Source of the DNA: an uncultured Bacilli bacterium | GTDB lineage: Bacteria > Bacillota_I > Bacilli_A > RF39 > UBA660 | Length of the DNA stretch: 64,000 nucleotides | Reading direction: 5' to 3' | NCBI GenBank assembly: GCA_910587065.1 | Contig: CAJUMA010000001.1 | Coordinates: forward strand, 82,221-146,220 | Shown: one piece after another, positions 28,751 through 43,137 of the stretch | Layout of the letters: the number at the start of each line of letters is the position of its first letter | Numbering within the stretch: position 1 is the stretch's first letter | Translations under genes and position numbers: made by a program | The notes under the pieces: model-generated | Database searches by the model: none | What the model was told of the DNA's origin: nothing | What the model saw: the letters and a program-made list of their open reading frames with translations, nothing else

Positions 28751-29296
28751 CTAATTATATCTACTCATTAAATTGTTTATATTATCATAATCAAAATCTT
28801 CAATAATATTATATATTGAACTAAAATTCGCTTCGATTAAAGAGAGTTCAGATTTAGAGAAATTACCTAAAACATAATCTTTCGTATCCATAAGTTTATC
28901 ATTAGAAATACCAATTTTAATTCTAGCAAAAGCATCACTGTGAAGAGATGCAATAATATCTTTTATTCCGTTATGCCCTCCCGAAGAAGAATTAATCTTT
29001 AATCTAAATTTTCCAACTGGTAAGTCTAAATCATCATGAATAACTAGAATATCTTTAATGTCTATTTTAAAAAATTTAACAAAAGAATACACTGAAGATC
29101 CCGATAAATTCATATATGTTTGAGGTTTTAAAAATACATACTTTTCTCCATTAATAATCGTTTCATGATAAAGTCCATTAAACTTTTTTGACCAAGAAAC
29201 ACTCCCTAAATATGAATCTATCGCCATAAATCCAACGTTATGACGGGTATTTTTATATTCATTTCCTGGATTTCCTAAACCAACTATTAATTTCAT
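28751..29296 (-). CDS. pth: peptidyl-tRNA hydrolase
   Basis: MKLIVGLGNPGNEYKNTRHNVGF... classic Pth N-terminus. ORF-track start at 29305 is a few codons upstream. Confidence 0.92.
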   Translation of the reverse strand: MKLIVGLGNPGNEYKNTRHNVGFMAIDSYLGSVSWSKKFNGLYHETIINGEKYVFLKPQTYMNLSGSSVYSFVKFFKIDIKDILVIHDDLDLPVGKFRLKINSSSGGHNGIKDIIASLHSDAFARIKIGISNDKLMDTKDYVLGNFSKSELSLIEANFSSIYNIIEDFDYDNINNLMSRYN

Positions 29297-29301
29297 ATCT
29301 T

Positions 29302-30033
29302 TCACCTCTCAAATATATTTTTAAAACTACTGTATTCATTTACAAAAACAGGCGGTAACACATTTACATAATCCTTACCATTAAACATAGCTTCTACTAA
29401 AAACAAAGTTGCCTTCTCACATTTATCATCATGGATAAAAACTAGTCTTTTAATACCAAAATTATATTTTTTTAAAATGTTTATAACATCTGCAAATCTA
29501 GTGATGTGATGGATCATATAAAAATATCCTTGATTTTGAATAACTTTTGAAGTCGAAAAAATTAAGTCATTTAAAGAAAGCATTAATTCATGTCGCGCAA
29601 TAGCCTTAATTTCGTTATCGTTTACCATAGTGCCTTCATCAATTTTAAAGTATGGTGGATTACAAACTACTACATCAAATTTTGTATTTTTAAAAGTTTT
29701 TTTTATATTCTTAACATCTTCATTAATCATTGTTATTGAAGAAATTTTATTATATTCAATAGACTTTTTTGCTAGATCATATATCTCTTTTTGTAATTCT
29801 ACACCTGTTATATCTAACTCACCATATTTTTTTTGTAAAATCATAGGAATAGGAGCGTTTCCTGAACATAAGTCCAAAATTTTATTTGATCCTTTTCTAA
29901 TTTTAACAAATTCTGCAAGTAATACTGAATCAATAGAAAACTTAAAATAATCGTCATTCTGATAAATATAATATCCATAATCAAATAAATCATTTATGCT
30001 AATCGAGCTCATATTCCTTCTTGTCTCCATCAA
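29302..30033 (-). CDS. SAM-dependent N6-adenine methyltransferase, tRNA1(Val) m6A37 YfiC/YabB-like
   Basis: VVCNPPYF (NPPY) motif, DLCSGNAPIPMIL SAM-binding loop, 243 aa; Bacillus yabB position. Confidence 0.65.
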   Translation of the reverse strand: MMETRRNMSSISINDLFDYGYYIYQNDDYFKFSIDSVLLAEFVKIRKGSNKILDLCSGNAPIPMILQKKYGELDITGVELQKEIYDLAKKSIEYNKISSITMINEDVKNIKKTFKNTKFDVVVCNPPYFKIDEGTMVNDNEIKAIARHELMLSLNDLIFSTSKVIQNQGYFYMIHHITRFADVINILKKYNFGIKRLVFIHDDKCEKATLFLVEAMFNGKDYVNVLPPVFVNEYSSFKNIFER

Positions 30034-30778
30034 TCAAGACTGTATATTTCTTATTTAGAACATCCAAAGTAACAACTTTTCCTGATCCATCCTTAGTAGT
30101 TACAGTTTCGCCCAATTTAGGCAAATATGATCTATGCTCTGTATAAACATCATCTTCATAAGATAAACAACACAAAAGTCTTCCACATGCTCCATTAATT
30201 TTAGATGGATTAAGTGCAATATTCTGATTCTTAGCCATATTTATACTAATTGTGTCTATTCCATTTAAAAATTTTGCACAACATAGTTCTCTTCCGCATT
30301 GTCCTAGACCACCTATTTCTTTCGATTTATCGCGAACTCCCAATTGATGTAATTCAATTCGAGTTTTATATTTTGCTGCTATTTCTTTAACCAAAATACG
30401 AAAATCAATACGAGAATCGGCAATAAAATTAATTGTAAGTTGCTTTTTATCTAGAGTAAATGTTGCATCTAAAAGACGCATCTCTAAATTCATATCTCGT
30501 ACTAATTTACGAGAAAAGTTTAAAGCAGAAGCAGCATCCTTCAAATTTTTCATATATTTATTATAATCTTCTTTTGTTGAAATTCTTAAAACATTTTTCA
30601 TAGTGTCCAAGTCTATGTTCTTTCTATTCAAAACATTTGTTTCTGAGACTTTCGCAAATTGTTCACCTTTTTCAGTATCAACAACAACTGTTAAGTCTTT
30701 CTTTAGATTAAGACCATTATTCTTAAAATAATATACTTTACCAAAATCTTTAAATTTTACTCCGCATATATTCTCCAT
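29999..30778 (-). CDS. ricT: PSP1 domain protein RicT/YaaT
   Basis: MENICGVKFKDFGKVYYFKNNGLNLKKDLTVVVDTEKGEQFAKV PSP1 C-terminal domain and a Cys cluster (CGRELCC...CGRLLCC); holB-yaaT synteny. Confidence 0.75.
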   Translation of the reverse strand: MENICGVKFKDFGKVYYFKNNGLNLKKDLTVVVDTEKGEQFAKVSETNVLNRKNIDLDTMKNVLRISTKEDYNKYMKNLKDAASALNFSRKLVRDMNLEMRLLDATFTLDKKQLTINFIADSRIDFRILVKEIAAKYKTRIELHQLGVRDKSKEIGGLGQCGRELCCAKFLNGIDTISINMAKNQNIALNPSKINGACGRLLCCLSYEDDVYTEHRSYLPKLGETVTTKDGSGKVVTLDVLNKKYTVLIDGDKKEYELD

Positions 30779-30782
30779 AGAA

Positions 30783-31640
30783 TCACTCCCATAACACAAA
30801 AAATTTATTAACAATTAAGTCTTTATTAACATAGATATTTAAATCATTAATGATATTATCTAATATTTTAATTCGTTTTACAATAACAGAAATATCATCT
30901 GTAGTAATTACTTCTAATATTCTTTCCACATACTCTAATCCAATATACTTAGATAGTTGAATATTTTCATATTTTAACACATAAAATTTTTTTATCAAAT
31001 TAAATATTAAATCCATTTCTTCTCTTTCCTTTTTAGAAATGCTTTTACTATCAGCCATTAACAAATATTTAGGTTCACTATTTAATTTATTAGTTAAATC
31101 TAGCGCCACATCAAAAGATAAAGCATACTCTTCCTCAGTTATATCTAAAACATCTAAAATAGAGTTGTTTCCAAAATGATAATTGTATATTTCACATCTA
31201 CTTCTAATAGTCGGAATTATGCCATTTAATTTATCAGTAATAAAGAAACCAACAATATCTCCCTCTGGTTCTTCTAGAAATTTCAACATTTTATTAGCAG
31301 AAAAATCATTCATTTTTTCAGCATTACAAATTATATAAGTTGAATATTTAGAAATTATTGGTTTTGTAGAAAATGAATTAATAATATTAAGTATTTGGTC
31401 CTTTTTTATCTCTTTTTCAGCAGCATTAATAATAATTAGATCAGGGTTTGTATTACTGTCAATAGTTGTACAAATATTACAATTGTCGTGTCCATTATTG
31501 TCACAGTTTATTTTTTTTATAATCTCGATAACATCATTTAAACAATTATCAAGATTATTAGTAGAAAGCAAAAAAGCATGAGAATTTTTTTTCTCATGAA
31601 AAGAATTAATAATAAGTTTTTTAATTTCTTCTGTATTCAT
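30783..31640 (-). CDS. holB: DNA polymerase III subunit delta'
   Basis: HAFLLS (delta' P-loop remnant), Cys cluster CDNNGHDNCNIC, KMLKFLEEPEGD, TIRSRC motif. Probable start MNTEEIKK with AGGTGA RBS. Confidence 0.7.
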   Translation of the reverse strand: MNTEEIKKLIINSFHEKKNSHAFLLSTNNLDNCLNDVIEIIKKINCDNNGHDNCNICTTIDSNTNPDLIIINAAEKEIKKDQILNIINSFSTKPIISKYSTYIICNAEKMNDFSANKMLKFLEEPEGDIVGFFITDKLNGIIPTIRSRCEIYNYHFGNNSILDVLDITEEEYALSFDVALDLTNKLNSEPKYLLMADSKSISKKEREEMDLIFNLIKKFYVLKYENIQLSKYIGLEYVERILEVITTDDISVIVKRIKILDNIINDLNIYVNKDLIVNKFFVLWE

Positions 31641-31642
31641 AA

Positions 31643-31828
31643 TCACCTGTATTTTATCATTAGAAATATATAAATAAGAATTCCTGGAGAGCCAAGTAAA
31701 GTACAAATAATAGAACTAACATAATTAATTGGTAGAAAGAAATCAAATCTAATTAAAAGGTAATTTAGCGAATAAATCATAATAACAGAAAAAATAAATC
31801 TCTTTAGGTATTTTTTCAAAAATGGCAT
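31643..31828 (-). CDS. small two-TM membrane protein (possibly BofA/YaaL-position protein)
   Basis: 61-aa hydrophobic ORF whose stop overlaps the holB ATG (ATGA). Position between recR and holB matches Bacillus yaaL/bofA. Confidence 0.35.
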   Translation of the reverse strand: MPFLKKYLKRFIFSVIMIYSLNYLLIRFDFFLPINYVSSIICTLLGSPGILIYIFLMIKYR

Positions 31829-31865
31829 TTTATCACCACTAAATTATATTAATAATTATTATTTT

Positions 31866-32462
31866 TTATGAAATCTCTTTTCTATCTAATAAGGCTCTAT
31901 CTAAAGTAATTGAATCAAGATAATCAATATCAACACCCATCGGAATGCCATAAGACAAACGTGAAACCTTAATCTTCTTATTTTCAAATATTTTCTTTAT
32001 GTAAAGAGTTGTAGTTTCACCTTCAATAGAAGGTTTCAAAGCAAGAATAACTTCAGCATTTTCCTTATCCTTTAAACGATCCAATAATGTAGATAAATTA
32101 ATGTCTTCTGGAAAAATTCCATCCATTGGTGAAATCAAACCATTTAAGACATGATATTTTCCCTCATAAGATTCTGATTTTTCAAACATGAAAACGCTTT
32201 TATAATCCTCAACTACGCAAATTAAATTATCTTTTCTATCTCCATCAGAACAAATTGAGCAAACTTCTTTGTCCGTTAGATGGCCACACACAGAACATCG
32301 TGTTAACTTTTTTTTGCATTCTTTTATATTCTTAGCAAACGTGTCTATATCCTCATCTGTAAGATCTAACATCGATAAAGCGTATCTTTCTGCACTTTTT
32401 TTTCCAACTCCAGGTATTTTTTCAAAGGATGCAATTGAATTATTAAGTACTTCTGGATACAT
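31866..32462 (-). CDS. recR: recombination protein RecR
   Basis: HhH FEKIPGVGKKSAERYA, C4 zinc finger CSVCGHLTDKEVCSICSD, Toprim domain; 198 aa. Confidence 0.92.
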   Translation of the reverse strand: MYPEVLNNSIASFEKIPGVGKKSAERYALSMLDLTDEDIDTFAKNIKECKKKLTRCSVCGHLTDKEVCSICSDGDRKDNLICVVEDYKSVFMFEKSESYEGKYHVLNGLISPMDGIFPEDINLSTLLDRLKDKENAEVILALKPSIEGETTTLYIKKIFENKKIKVSRLSYGIPMGVDIDYLDSITLDRALLDRKEIS

Positions 32463-32463
32463 T

Positions 32464-32763
32464 TTAGATTAAACCACCCAATTGTTTTGCGTAAGGCCCC
32501 ATTTTAGCTTCCATGTCAGCATCTATCTTTTTTACAGCGTCAGCATGAGCAATTTTAATCATATCTTGTAATATTTCTAAATCATCTTTATCAAAGTTTT
32601 CCATATCTTTAAATATTATCTTCTTTAACGATTTATCTCCCATTAAGATAATATCAACCAGTTGGCTTTCCCCAATATACTCCGTAGATTTCAATTCTTC
32701 TTGTTTTTTTTGCATGTCTCTTTGCATCTTTTGAGCTTGTTGCATTATAGCATTCATATTCAT
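32464..32763 (-). CDS. ybaB: nucleoid-associated protein YbaB/EbfC
   Basis: 99 aa. MNMNAIMQQAQKMQRDMQKKQEEL...GGLI typical; dnaX-ybaB-recR synteny. Confidence 0.88.
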   Translation of the reverse strand: MNMNAIMQQAQKMQRDMQKKQEELKSTEYIGESQLVDIILMGDKSLKKIIFKDMENFDKDDLEILQDMIKIAHADAVKKIDADMEAKMGPYAKQLGGLI

Positions 32764-32775
32764 AATTAATCTCTC

Positions 32776-34362
32776 CTAATCTATTTTTAATTTGTCAGTA
32801 CCGAAAACATCCTCAGCTAATGATACTGAATTGGTATCGGTATTAATATATTCACTTTCATCCATAATATCATATTTCTTAGCTTTATCATAACTTTGCA
32901 TAAATTTTTTCCAATCTTCTTCAGAAATAAAGATAAACTTGTAAGAACTATCATTAAATGTATTAAACTTATTTTCAAGTTCATATAATTTAGAATTGCC
33001 AACAATCTTAATACTTTCTGACTTAGTTAAAAGAATTGCATAAGAATCACTTACAACTTGAGGGACAGACTTAGTTACAATATTCAACATTTCGGCAATA
33101 CTGTCGGCCTTAAGTTTACTTACAAAATTATTCCATAAATCTAAAAAACAAACTTTATATTCTTTATTACATTTTACAAATGTATTGTTAATTCTAACAT
33201 TAATAAATTCGTCACTTATACGATACATTTGATTACTATTCTCATTATTAAGCATTTTATTTATGTCAACTTCATTGTCAACTGGAATTATTTCCCGGGA
33301 AATAATTTGATTTATTTCTCGATTAGATAATTGATTCTCATCATCGTTTATAAAAGAAATAAGTTCCAATTCTAAAAGCAAAAATCCATTACTATTGTAA
33401 TTAAGTTTGCTATAAATTTCTGTCAAAACTTCTATTATTTTTTTTAGTTGATTAAAAGCAGATGAAGAAACATTTTTCTTTTTCATATCAATAGCCTTAT
33501 CAAGAAAGTTATCCAGTATCTTATCAATAAAGATTTTAATATCAATTCCTGATTCTTTTATTTTTCTTAATAAAGTAACTAAACCATCAATATCATTTTT
33601 TATGATAAAAGAATAAAGGATATTTAATTCAGAGTCCGTTACTGTACCAAAATTAGATTTAATAACATCCATATCAATCATATCCGAAACCTTAGAAAGC
33701 TGATCTAATATACTTAACGCATCACGCATACATCCATCGCTCAGATAAGCTATTTCCTTTATAGCATCTTCATCATATTTTATTTCTTCCAATGCACAAA
33801 TTCTTTTTAAATTTTCAAATATCAAAGTTCTATCAATACGTTGAAAATCAAAACGTTGACATCTAGATAATACAGTTATTGGAACTTTCTGTATATCAGT
33901 AGTAGCCAGAATAAATACTACATTTGATGGTGGTTCTTCTAAAGTTTTTAAAAAAGCATTCCACGCTTGATTAGAAAGCATGTGAACTTCATCTATAATG
34001 TATACCTTATATTTACTATTAGTAGGTGCTATACCTATATTATCAACTATTTCTCTTATATCATCCACACTATTATTACTAGCAGCATCCATTTCAATAA
34101 CATCAGGCGAAGTATTAAAATTAACACAATTATCACATTCACCACAAGGTAATCCATCGTGCTGATTCAAGCAATTGAGAGTTCTTGCAAAAAGTTTAGC
34201 AGTACTAGTTTTTCCTGTCCCTCTTGGTCCCGTGAACATATAGGCGTGAGCAATTTTATCATTTATAATCGAATTTTTTAATATTCTTTTTATATGTTCT
34301 TGACCTACTAAATCATCAAAATTAGTAGGTCTATATTTTCTATATAAAACTTTATAATTCAT
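32776..34362 (-). CDS. dnaX: DNA polymerase III subunits gamma/tau
   Basis: YRKYRPTNFDDLVGQEHI, Walker A GPRGTGKTS, Zn module CLNQHDGLPCGECDNC, Walker B IIDEVHML, SRC motif. Confidence 0.92.
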   Translation of the reverse strand: MNYKVLYRKYRPTNFDDLVGQEHIKRILKNSIINDKIAHAYMFTGPRGTGKTSTAKLFARTLNCLNQHDGLPCGECDNCVNFNTSPDVIEMDAASNNSVDDIREIVDNIGIAPTNSKYKVYIIDEVHMLSNQAWNAFLKTLEEPPSNVVFILATTDIQKVPITVLSRCQRFDFQRIDRTLIFENLKRICALEEIKYDEDAIKEIAYLSDGCMRDALSILDQLSKVSDMIDMDVIKSNFGTVTDSELNILYSFIIKNDIDGLVTLLRKIKESGIDIKIFIDKILDNFLDKAIDMKKKNVSSSAFNQLKKIIEVLTEIYSKLNYNSNGFLLLELELISFINDDENQLSNREINQIISREIIPVDNEVDINKMLNNENSNQMYRISDEFINVRINNTFVKCNKEYKVCFLDLWNNFVSKLKADSIAEMLNIVTKSVPQVVSDSYAILLTKSESIKIVGNSKLYELENKFNTFNDSSYKFIFISEEDWKKFMQSYDKAKKYDIMDESEYINTDTNSVSLAEDVFGTDKLKID

Positions 34363-34398
34363 TTTATATCACCTACATAAATTATATCACACATATGC

Positions 34399-34824
34399 TC
34401 ATCTTTTGCAGTTATCTTTAAAAAAAGTTGATAACTTTTCTTGATATATTTTTTGTTGAAAACTGTTTTCTCTATTCATCTTGTTAAAATTTGTTTTATT
34501 ATATTCTTTTTTGTAATCTAATTTGTCTAAAAGATAATAAACATTCCTAATCCTAGACTGTTTTATAATTTCTTTACACATATTACATGGTTCTAACGTG
34601 ACATAAAGATCACAAGTATTAAGTCGCCAGTCTCTAAGTTTACGTGCCGCTTTTTTTATAGCAATAATTTCAGCATGATTGGTAATATCATGTTTTCTGT
34701 TTTTTTTGTTATATCCTTTAGATATTATTTTGTTGTTGAAAACTATAATAGCACCGACCGGTATCTCATTTTTTTTATAAGCCTTATTTGCTAAATCCAT
34801 TAACACTTCTAAATAATCATTCAT
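34399..34824 (-). CDS. tadA: tRNA-specific adenosine deaminase TadA
   Basis: HAEIIAIKKA and TLEPCNMC CDA zinc-binding motifs; 141 aa. Confidence 0.85.
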   Translation of the reverse strand: MNDYLEVLMDLANKAYKKNEIPVGAIIVFNNKIISKGYNKKNRKHDITNHAEIIAIKKAARKLRDWRLNTCDLYVTLEPCNMCKEIIKQSRIRNVYYLLDKLDYKKEYNKTNFNKMNRENSFQQKIYQEKLSTFFKDNCKR

Positions 34825-34847
34825 AAATTTATCACCTCATAAAAAAA

Positions 34848-34918
34848 GCACACACAAACAGAGGCTAATATGGCTGCTATCTTCCGATCCTGACCAGTTT
34901 ATAACATATTTGTTGTGC
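34848..34918 (-). ncRNA. ffs: putative small SRP RNA (4.5S/scRNA-like, single hairpin)
   Basis: Minus-strand GCACAACAAAUAUGUUAUAAACUGGUCAGGAUCGGAAGAUAGCAGCCAUAUUAGCCUCUGUUUGUGUGUGC. Terminal helix GCACAACAAA/UUUGUGUGUGC. Apical CAGGAUCGGAAGAUAGCAGCC matches the SRP domain IV consensus CAGGNCCGGAAGGNAGCAGCC, including the GGAA tetraloop. Followed by U7. Lies next to tadA/dnaX as scr does in Bacillus. Confidence 0.45.
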
Positions 34919-35100
34919 AAATTAATTATATCACATATAAATTATATTTAAAGTGTTTTATTTAACATATTTTATTTTTTTGTTTATAAGTAACTAGAAA
35001 ATAGCAGTTTTACTATTTTTGTTTATTTATTTCAACCAAAATTTAATATTTGTACTATTTTTTTGAGTTTTTAGATGCAAATAAATAAAATTTGTTTTTT

Positions 35101-35660
<560 letters not shown>

Positions 35661-35741
35661 AAAATAATTGTTATTATCATTTTAGTAATATCGTATTGAT
35701 ATTTCTATTATGTTAATATCAGCATTAAAAAAAGAAGATTA

Positions 35742-38207
35742 CTATTCAGCAATCTCCTCTATAGATAAATCATTATTTTCTATTGTTTCATCTACTTTAT
35801 CTACGACACTTATTGTCGAAACAAATTGATTATCTTTCAAGTTAATTAATTTAACGCCCTGTGTTACACGTCCCAATTGAGAAATTTGATTGATAGGGAG
35901 TCTAATTAACATACCAGACTCTGTTATTATCATTAAATCTGCTTCATCTTTAACAACTTTATGTGCTACCAAAGCACCGTTCTTATCTGTTATACTTAAA
36001 GCTTTAACACCTTTGCTGCCACGTTTTGTCATTCTATATTCATTTACAAAAGTCTTCTTACCATATCCATTCTTAGTAACAACTAATATGTTATCATCAG
36101 ATTTTCCAACTTCCATTCCTGTACAATAGCCCGAATTATCCAAGTTAATTCCTCTAACTCCAGAAGCAGTTCTTCCCATTGGTCTTATCTCATTTTCATC
36201 AAATACGACCATTCTACCAGAAGTACTAGCTAAAATAATCTTCGAATCTCCATCTGTTAATTTAACATCTAATAATTCATCGTTTTCTCTCAAACTAATA
36301 GCAATCTTTCCGCTTGCTCTAATATTTTCAAATTCATCAACTAAAGTACGTTTTACAATACCATTTTTTGTTGCAAATGTTAAATATCTTCCGCCAGATT
36401 CTTTATTATACGAGACAATAGAATTAATTCTTTCATCTTTTTCAATCTGTAAAAGATTAATAATAGGTAATCCTTTAGCTTGTCTTGAATACTCTGGTAT
36501 TTCATAACCCTTAATTCTATATACTTTTCCTTTATTAGTAAAGAAATTTACATAATCATGAGTAGAACAGTTAATTAAATGTTTAACATAATCTTCCTCA
36601 TTAGTAGCCATTCCTTTAACCCCAACACCACCACGATGTTGAGATTTAAACGTACCAGAAACGCATCTTTTAATATAACCTTTATCCGTTATACTTATAA
36701 TAATATCCTCTTCTGGAATTAAAGATTCATCATCAATGAAATCTACTGCAGTCATATCAATATACGTGCGTCGTTCATCTGCATATTTATCCTTTATCTC
36801 ATTCAATTCCTCTTTGATAATGTTCAAAACTAATTGATCATCTGCTAATATTGCCTTATATTCTTCAATTTTCTTTAGCAATTCTTCTAATTCAGCTAAA
36901 ATTTTATCTTTTTCAAGAGCAGTTAAACGTCTTAAACGCATTTCAAGAATAGCTTCTGTTTGAATATCTGTAAGACCAAATCTGTCCATTAAAGTTTGTT
37001 TTGCTTGATCATCGCTTCTTGAATTACGGATAATTTGTACAACATCATCAATATTTTCAAGAGCAATTTTATATCCATTCAAAATATGAACTCTTTCCTC
37101 AGCTTTTCCTAAATCATATTTAGTACGTCTAATAATAATCTCTTTTTGATATTCAATGTATTTAGAAATAATTTCCTTAAGTCCCATTGTTCGAGGTTTT
37201 TGTTGATCTAACATAAGAAGATTAATACTAAAGTTTGTTTGTAATGATGTTTGTTTATATAAATTGTTTAAAACTACATTAGCATTAGCATCTTTCTTAA
37301 GTGTAATTACTATCTTTACGCCATTTTCTAGATTAGTTTCTTCATGTAAATCGGCTATTCCATCTAATAACTTATCACGAACAAGTTCTGCAATACGTTG
37401 TTGAAATAATTTCTTATTTACTTGATAGGGTAACTCAGTAATTACAATTAATTGATGTCCATTATGTTCTTCAATTGCCACTTTACCACGAATAGTAATA
37501 GTTCCTTTTCCCGTTTCATAAGCTCTTCTAATACCTGAGTTACCAAGTATTAAAGCTCCTGTAGGAAAGTCAGGTCCCTTAACATGTTCCATAAGTTCTT
37601 CAGTAGTTATATCATGATTATCAATATAAGCAATACAGCCATCTATAGTCTCTCCCAAATTATGAGGAGGAATATTTGTTGCCATACCAACAGCAATACC
37701 AACTGTTCCATTAACTAAAATATTTGGAAATCTACAAGGAAGAACTGTTGGTTCTGTTGTTGTATCATCAAAGTTAGGCACAAAATCAACTGTATCTTTC
37801 TTAATATCTCTTAATAATTCTAAAGATAATTTAGATAATCGTGCCTCAGTATAACGCATAGCTGCTGCACCATCTCCATCCATAGAACCAAAATTACCAT
37901 GACCATCAATCAATACATTTCTTATTGAAAAAGGCTGTGCCATACGAACCATAGCATCATATATTGATGAATCCCCATGAGGGTGATAATTACCCATAAC
38001 CTCTCCAACCGTTTTAGCACACTTTCTAAAAGGCTTATCAGGTGTGTAGCCATTTTCATACATAGAATATAAAATTCTTCTGTGAACAGGTTTTAAACCA
38101 TCTCTAAGATCAGGTAAAGCACGTGCTACAATTACGCTCATTGAATATTCAAGAAAAGAACCCTTAATTTCATCTACTATATTACGTCTTACTATATTTC
38201 CATCCAT
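35742..38207 (-). CDS. gyrA: DNA gyrase subunit A
   Basis: 821 aa. ...[30 protein letters not shown]..., active-site region AAAMRYTE, C-terminal beta-pinwheel repeats. Confidence 0.96.
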   Translation of the reverse strand: MDGNIVRRNIVDEIKGSFLEYSMSVIVARALPDLRDGLKPVHRRILYSMYENGYTPDKPFRKCAKTVGEVMGNYHPHGDSSIYDAMVRMAQPFSIRNVLIDGHGNFGSMDGDGAAAMRYTEARLSKLSLELLRDIKKDTVDFVPNFDDTTTEPTVLPCRFPNILVNGTVGIAVGMATNIPPHNLGETIDGCIAYIDNHDITTEELMEHVKGPDFPTGALILGNSGIRRAYETGKGTITIRGKVAIEEHNGHQLIVITELPYQVNKKLFQQRIAELVRDKLLDGIADLHEETNLENGVKIVITLKKDANANVVLNNLYKQTSLQTNFSINLLMLDQQKPRTMGLKEIISKYIEYQKEIIIRRTKYDLGKAEERVHILNGYKIALENIDDVVQIIRNSRSDDQAKQTLMDRFGLTDIQTEAILEMRLRRLTALEKDKILAELEELLKKIEEYKAILADDQLVLNIIKEELNEIKDKYADERRTYIDMTAVDFIDDESLIPEEDIIISITDKGYIKRCVSGTFKSQHRGGVGVKGMATNEEDYVKHLINCSTHDYVNFFTNKGKVYRIKGYEIPEYSRQAKGLPIINLLQIEKDERINSIVSYNKESGGRYLTFATKNGIVKRTLVDEFENIRASGKIAISLRENDELLDVKLTDGDSKIILASTSGRMVVFDENEIRPMGRTASGVRGINLDNSGYCTGMEVGKSDDNILVVTKNGYGKKTFVNEYRMTKRGSKGVKALSITDKNGALVAHKVVKDEADLMIITESGMLIRLPINQISQLGRVTQGVKLINLKDNQFVSTISVVDKVDETIENNDLSIEEIAE

Positions 38208-38217
38208 ACTTTACCTC

Positions 38218-41221
<3,004 letters not shown>

Positions 41222-41322
41222 TTTAACCCCCTTAATTTCAATTTTAAATGATTTTTAAGTTATTAGTGTACACCTATACCACATACTAATTATATCACAA
41301 TATAGATATTTAAAAAAGAATT

Positions 41323-41781
41323 TTATGCTCTATAGATTCTTTTTTTCTTTAAATAATGTTCCAATTGCATAGATTTTAAAAGCTGATTGTTAATAATATT
41401 TAAACTTACATTAAATTCTACTAAAGTATTATTGTTAAATACTATAACTGAAACTTTTTTTAAGACATTATAATACGTCTTATCAACATTCATCATATTT
41501 ATCCAAGCAACAGAACTTAACCTTGGAGATGAAGTAGGGAAGAAAATAAGTTTATTTGAGCCACTTACTAATATTGGTGTTTTATAACTTGTACCTGTTA
41601 TCTTTTCAGCACTTTTTAGTCTACCATCAAAAGTACTTCCGTATCTCATACAATTTCTTTTAATTATATTGTTAGGTTTAGCATTAACAATAATCATTTT
41701 CTCACCTTCATAAACTAAAGACATTTTTTCTCCACACGGCAAAATAGCCAATGTTTCCTTATTAATAATATAATTATCCAT
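41323..41781 (-). CDS. comK: ComK-family competence transcription factor homologue
   Basis: 152 aa. LAILPCGEKMSLVYEGEKMIIVNAKPNNIIKRNCMRYGSTFDGRLKSAEKITGTSYKTPILVSGSNKLIFFPTSSPRLSSVAWIN is colinear with B. subtilis ComK (IAVLPEEIDGK...YVNMKPLQIVDRSCRFFGSSYAGR...KPPIMVDPSNQIFLFPTLSSTRPQCGWIS). Confidence 0.7.
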   Translation of the reverse strand: MDNYIINKETLAILPCGEKMSLVYEGEKMIIVNAKPNNIIKRNCMRYGSTFDGRLKSAEKITGTSYKTPILVSGSNKLIFFPTSSPRLSSVAWINMMNVDKTYYNVLKKVSVIVFNNNTLVEFNVSLNIINNQLLKSMQLEHYLKKKRIYRA

Positions 41782-41867
41782 GTTCCACCTCCGTTCTTGG
41801 GTGGATAGACTACCACAAGAAAAGAGAAAATTTTGTCGAAAAAAAGGAACTATATAAATAATTCCTT

Positions 41868-42989
41868 TTAGTATGTCTTAATTGGTAAAACTAATTGAAC
41901 TAAAGATTCATCTGTTGCTGATTTTACAACAATAGGTTTTGAATCACTGTTCATACATATTATTATGTCTTCATCATCAAATGTTCTCAAAGCATCCATC
42001 ATATATTTAGCACTAAAGGAAATAGAAATATCATCATTTACATTTCTTTCTACTGTTATTCTATTTTCGGCTTTTCCAATTTCTGATGCAAATGAACTAA
42101 TAATCAATTCATTTCCATTAGCTTCCATTTTTACGATATTCTTTTCTTTACTTTGAGTTAATAAGGAAGCACCATCAATTGATGAAAAATAATCATTTAG
42201 TTTTGTCGAAATAATATATGCGAATTCTGCGGGAATAAAATTAGAAGTATTTGGATAACTTCCATTTAAAAGATTAGATTGAAATTTTATACCTTCATAT
42301 TTAAACATTATTTTGTTATCAAAAATATGAATTTCGACAATTTTATCATCTTCAGTTATAATTTTATCTAATTCATTAATATTCTTCCCTGGTATAACTA
42401 TATCTATAGCATCTCCATAGGGAGACTCAAGATTTAAAGTCTTCTTTGCAAGACGATAAGAATCTGTAGCAACACACTCTAATATACTTCCATTTATCTT
42501 TATATTAACACCAGTAAGTAGAGGTCTTGATTCTTGAGTAGAAACAGCAAAAATTGTTTGTTTGATCATCTTTTTTAAATCTCCTGATTTTAACTCAATA
42601 TGAGTTGTATTATCATTTAATTCTATTTGTGGATAATCAACACTATTTAAACAATTTAAATTATATTGACTTGTTTCTGTATAAATTAATATTTTTAAAC
42701 TATCTATAACTTCGAAATTAACTATATCACTAGGGAGTTTTTTAATAATTTCTAAAATATATTTACTTTGAATTATTATTTCTCCTTCAATTTCTATTTT
42801 TTCAATCTTATTGGCAGGAATAAAAGATTCAATTGTTAAATCAGAATCACTTGCTGTTAAAACTAAACCTTCTTTAGATAACTCAAATTTTATTCCATTT
42901 AATATAGGAATAATATTCCTTGATGATATTGCTTTGCTTACATTTGTTAATTGTTCTAATATTATATTTTTCTTTATCGAAAATTTCAT
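41868..42989 (-). CDS. dnaN: DNA polymerase III subunit beta (sliding clamp)
   Basis: 373 aa, three-domain clamp architecture; MKFSIKKNIILEQLTNVSKAISSRNIIPILNGIKFE... N-terminus; dnaA-dnaN synteny. Confidence 0.92.
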   Translation of the reverse strand: MKFSIKKNIILEQLTNVSKAISSRNIIPILNGIKFELSKEGLVLTASDSDLTIESFIPANKIEKIEIEGEIIIQSKYILEIIKKLPSDIVNFEVIDSLKILIYTETSQYNLNCLNSVDYPQIELNDNTTHIELKSGDLKKMIKQTIFAVSTQESRPLLTGVNIKINGSILECVATDSYRLAKKTLNLESPYGDAIDIVIPGKNINELDKIITEDDKIVEIHIFDNKIMFKYEGIKFQSNLLNGSYPNTSNFIPAEFAYIISTKLNDYFSSIDGASLLTQSKEKNIVKMEANGNELIISSFASEIGKAENRITVERNVNDDISISFSAKYMMDALRTFDDEDIIICMNSDSKPIVVKSATDESLVQLVLPIKTY

Positions 42990-43137
42990 TTAAATTCCTT
43001 CTTTCTAATTTATTATTTATTATATTGTTATTATTATTAGGGTTGAAAAAGTTGATAACTTCATTTTCTCTAAATATTTCGGCTTTTTTTTCAAAACTTT
43101 TTAGATTTAATTGTTAAAAACTATCAACTTATTAACA

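Noticed and set aside
31643-31706. Apparent 64-nt overlap between holB and the upstream small ORF, and similar large overlaps (gyrB/recF 44 nt, LSR/LSR 52 nt, ricT/holB) in the ORF track.
   Set aside because: In each case a downstream in-frame start with a good RBS (MNTEEIKK for holB, MKNDYND for gyrB, TTG after GGAG for the second recombinase, MENICGV for ricT) removes the overlap. These are start-codon artefacts of longest-ORF calling, not programmed overlaps.
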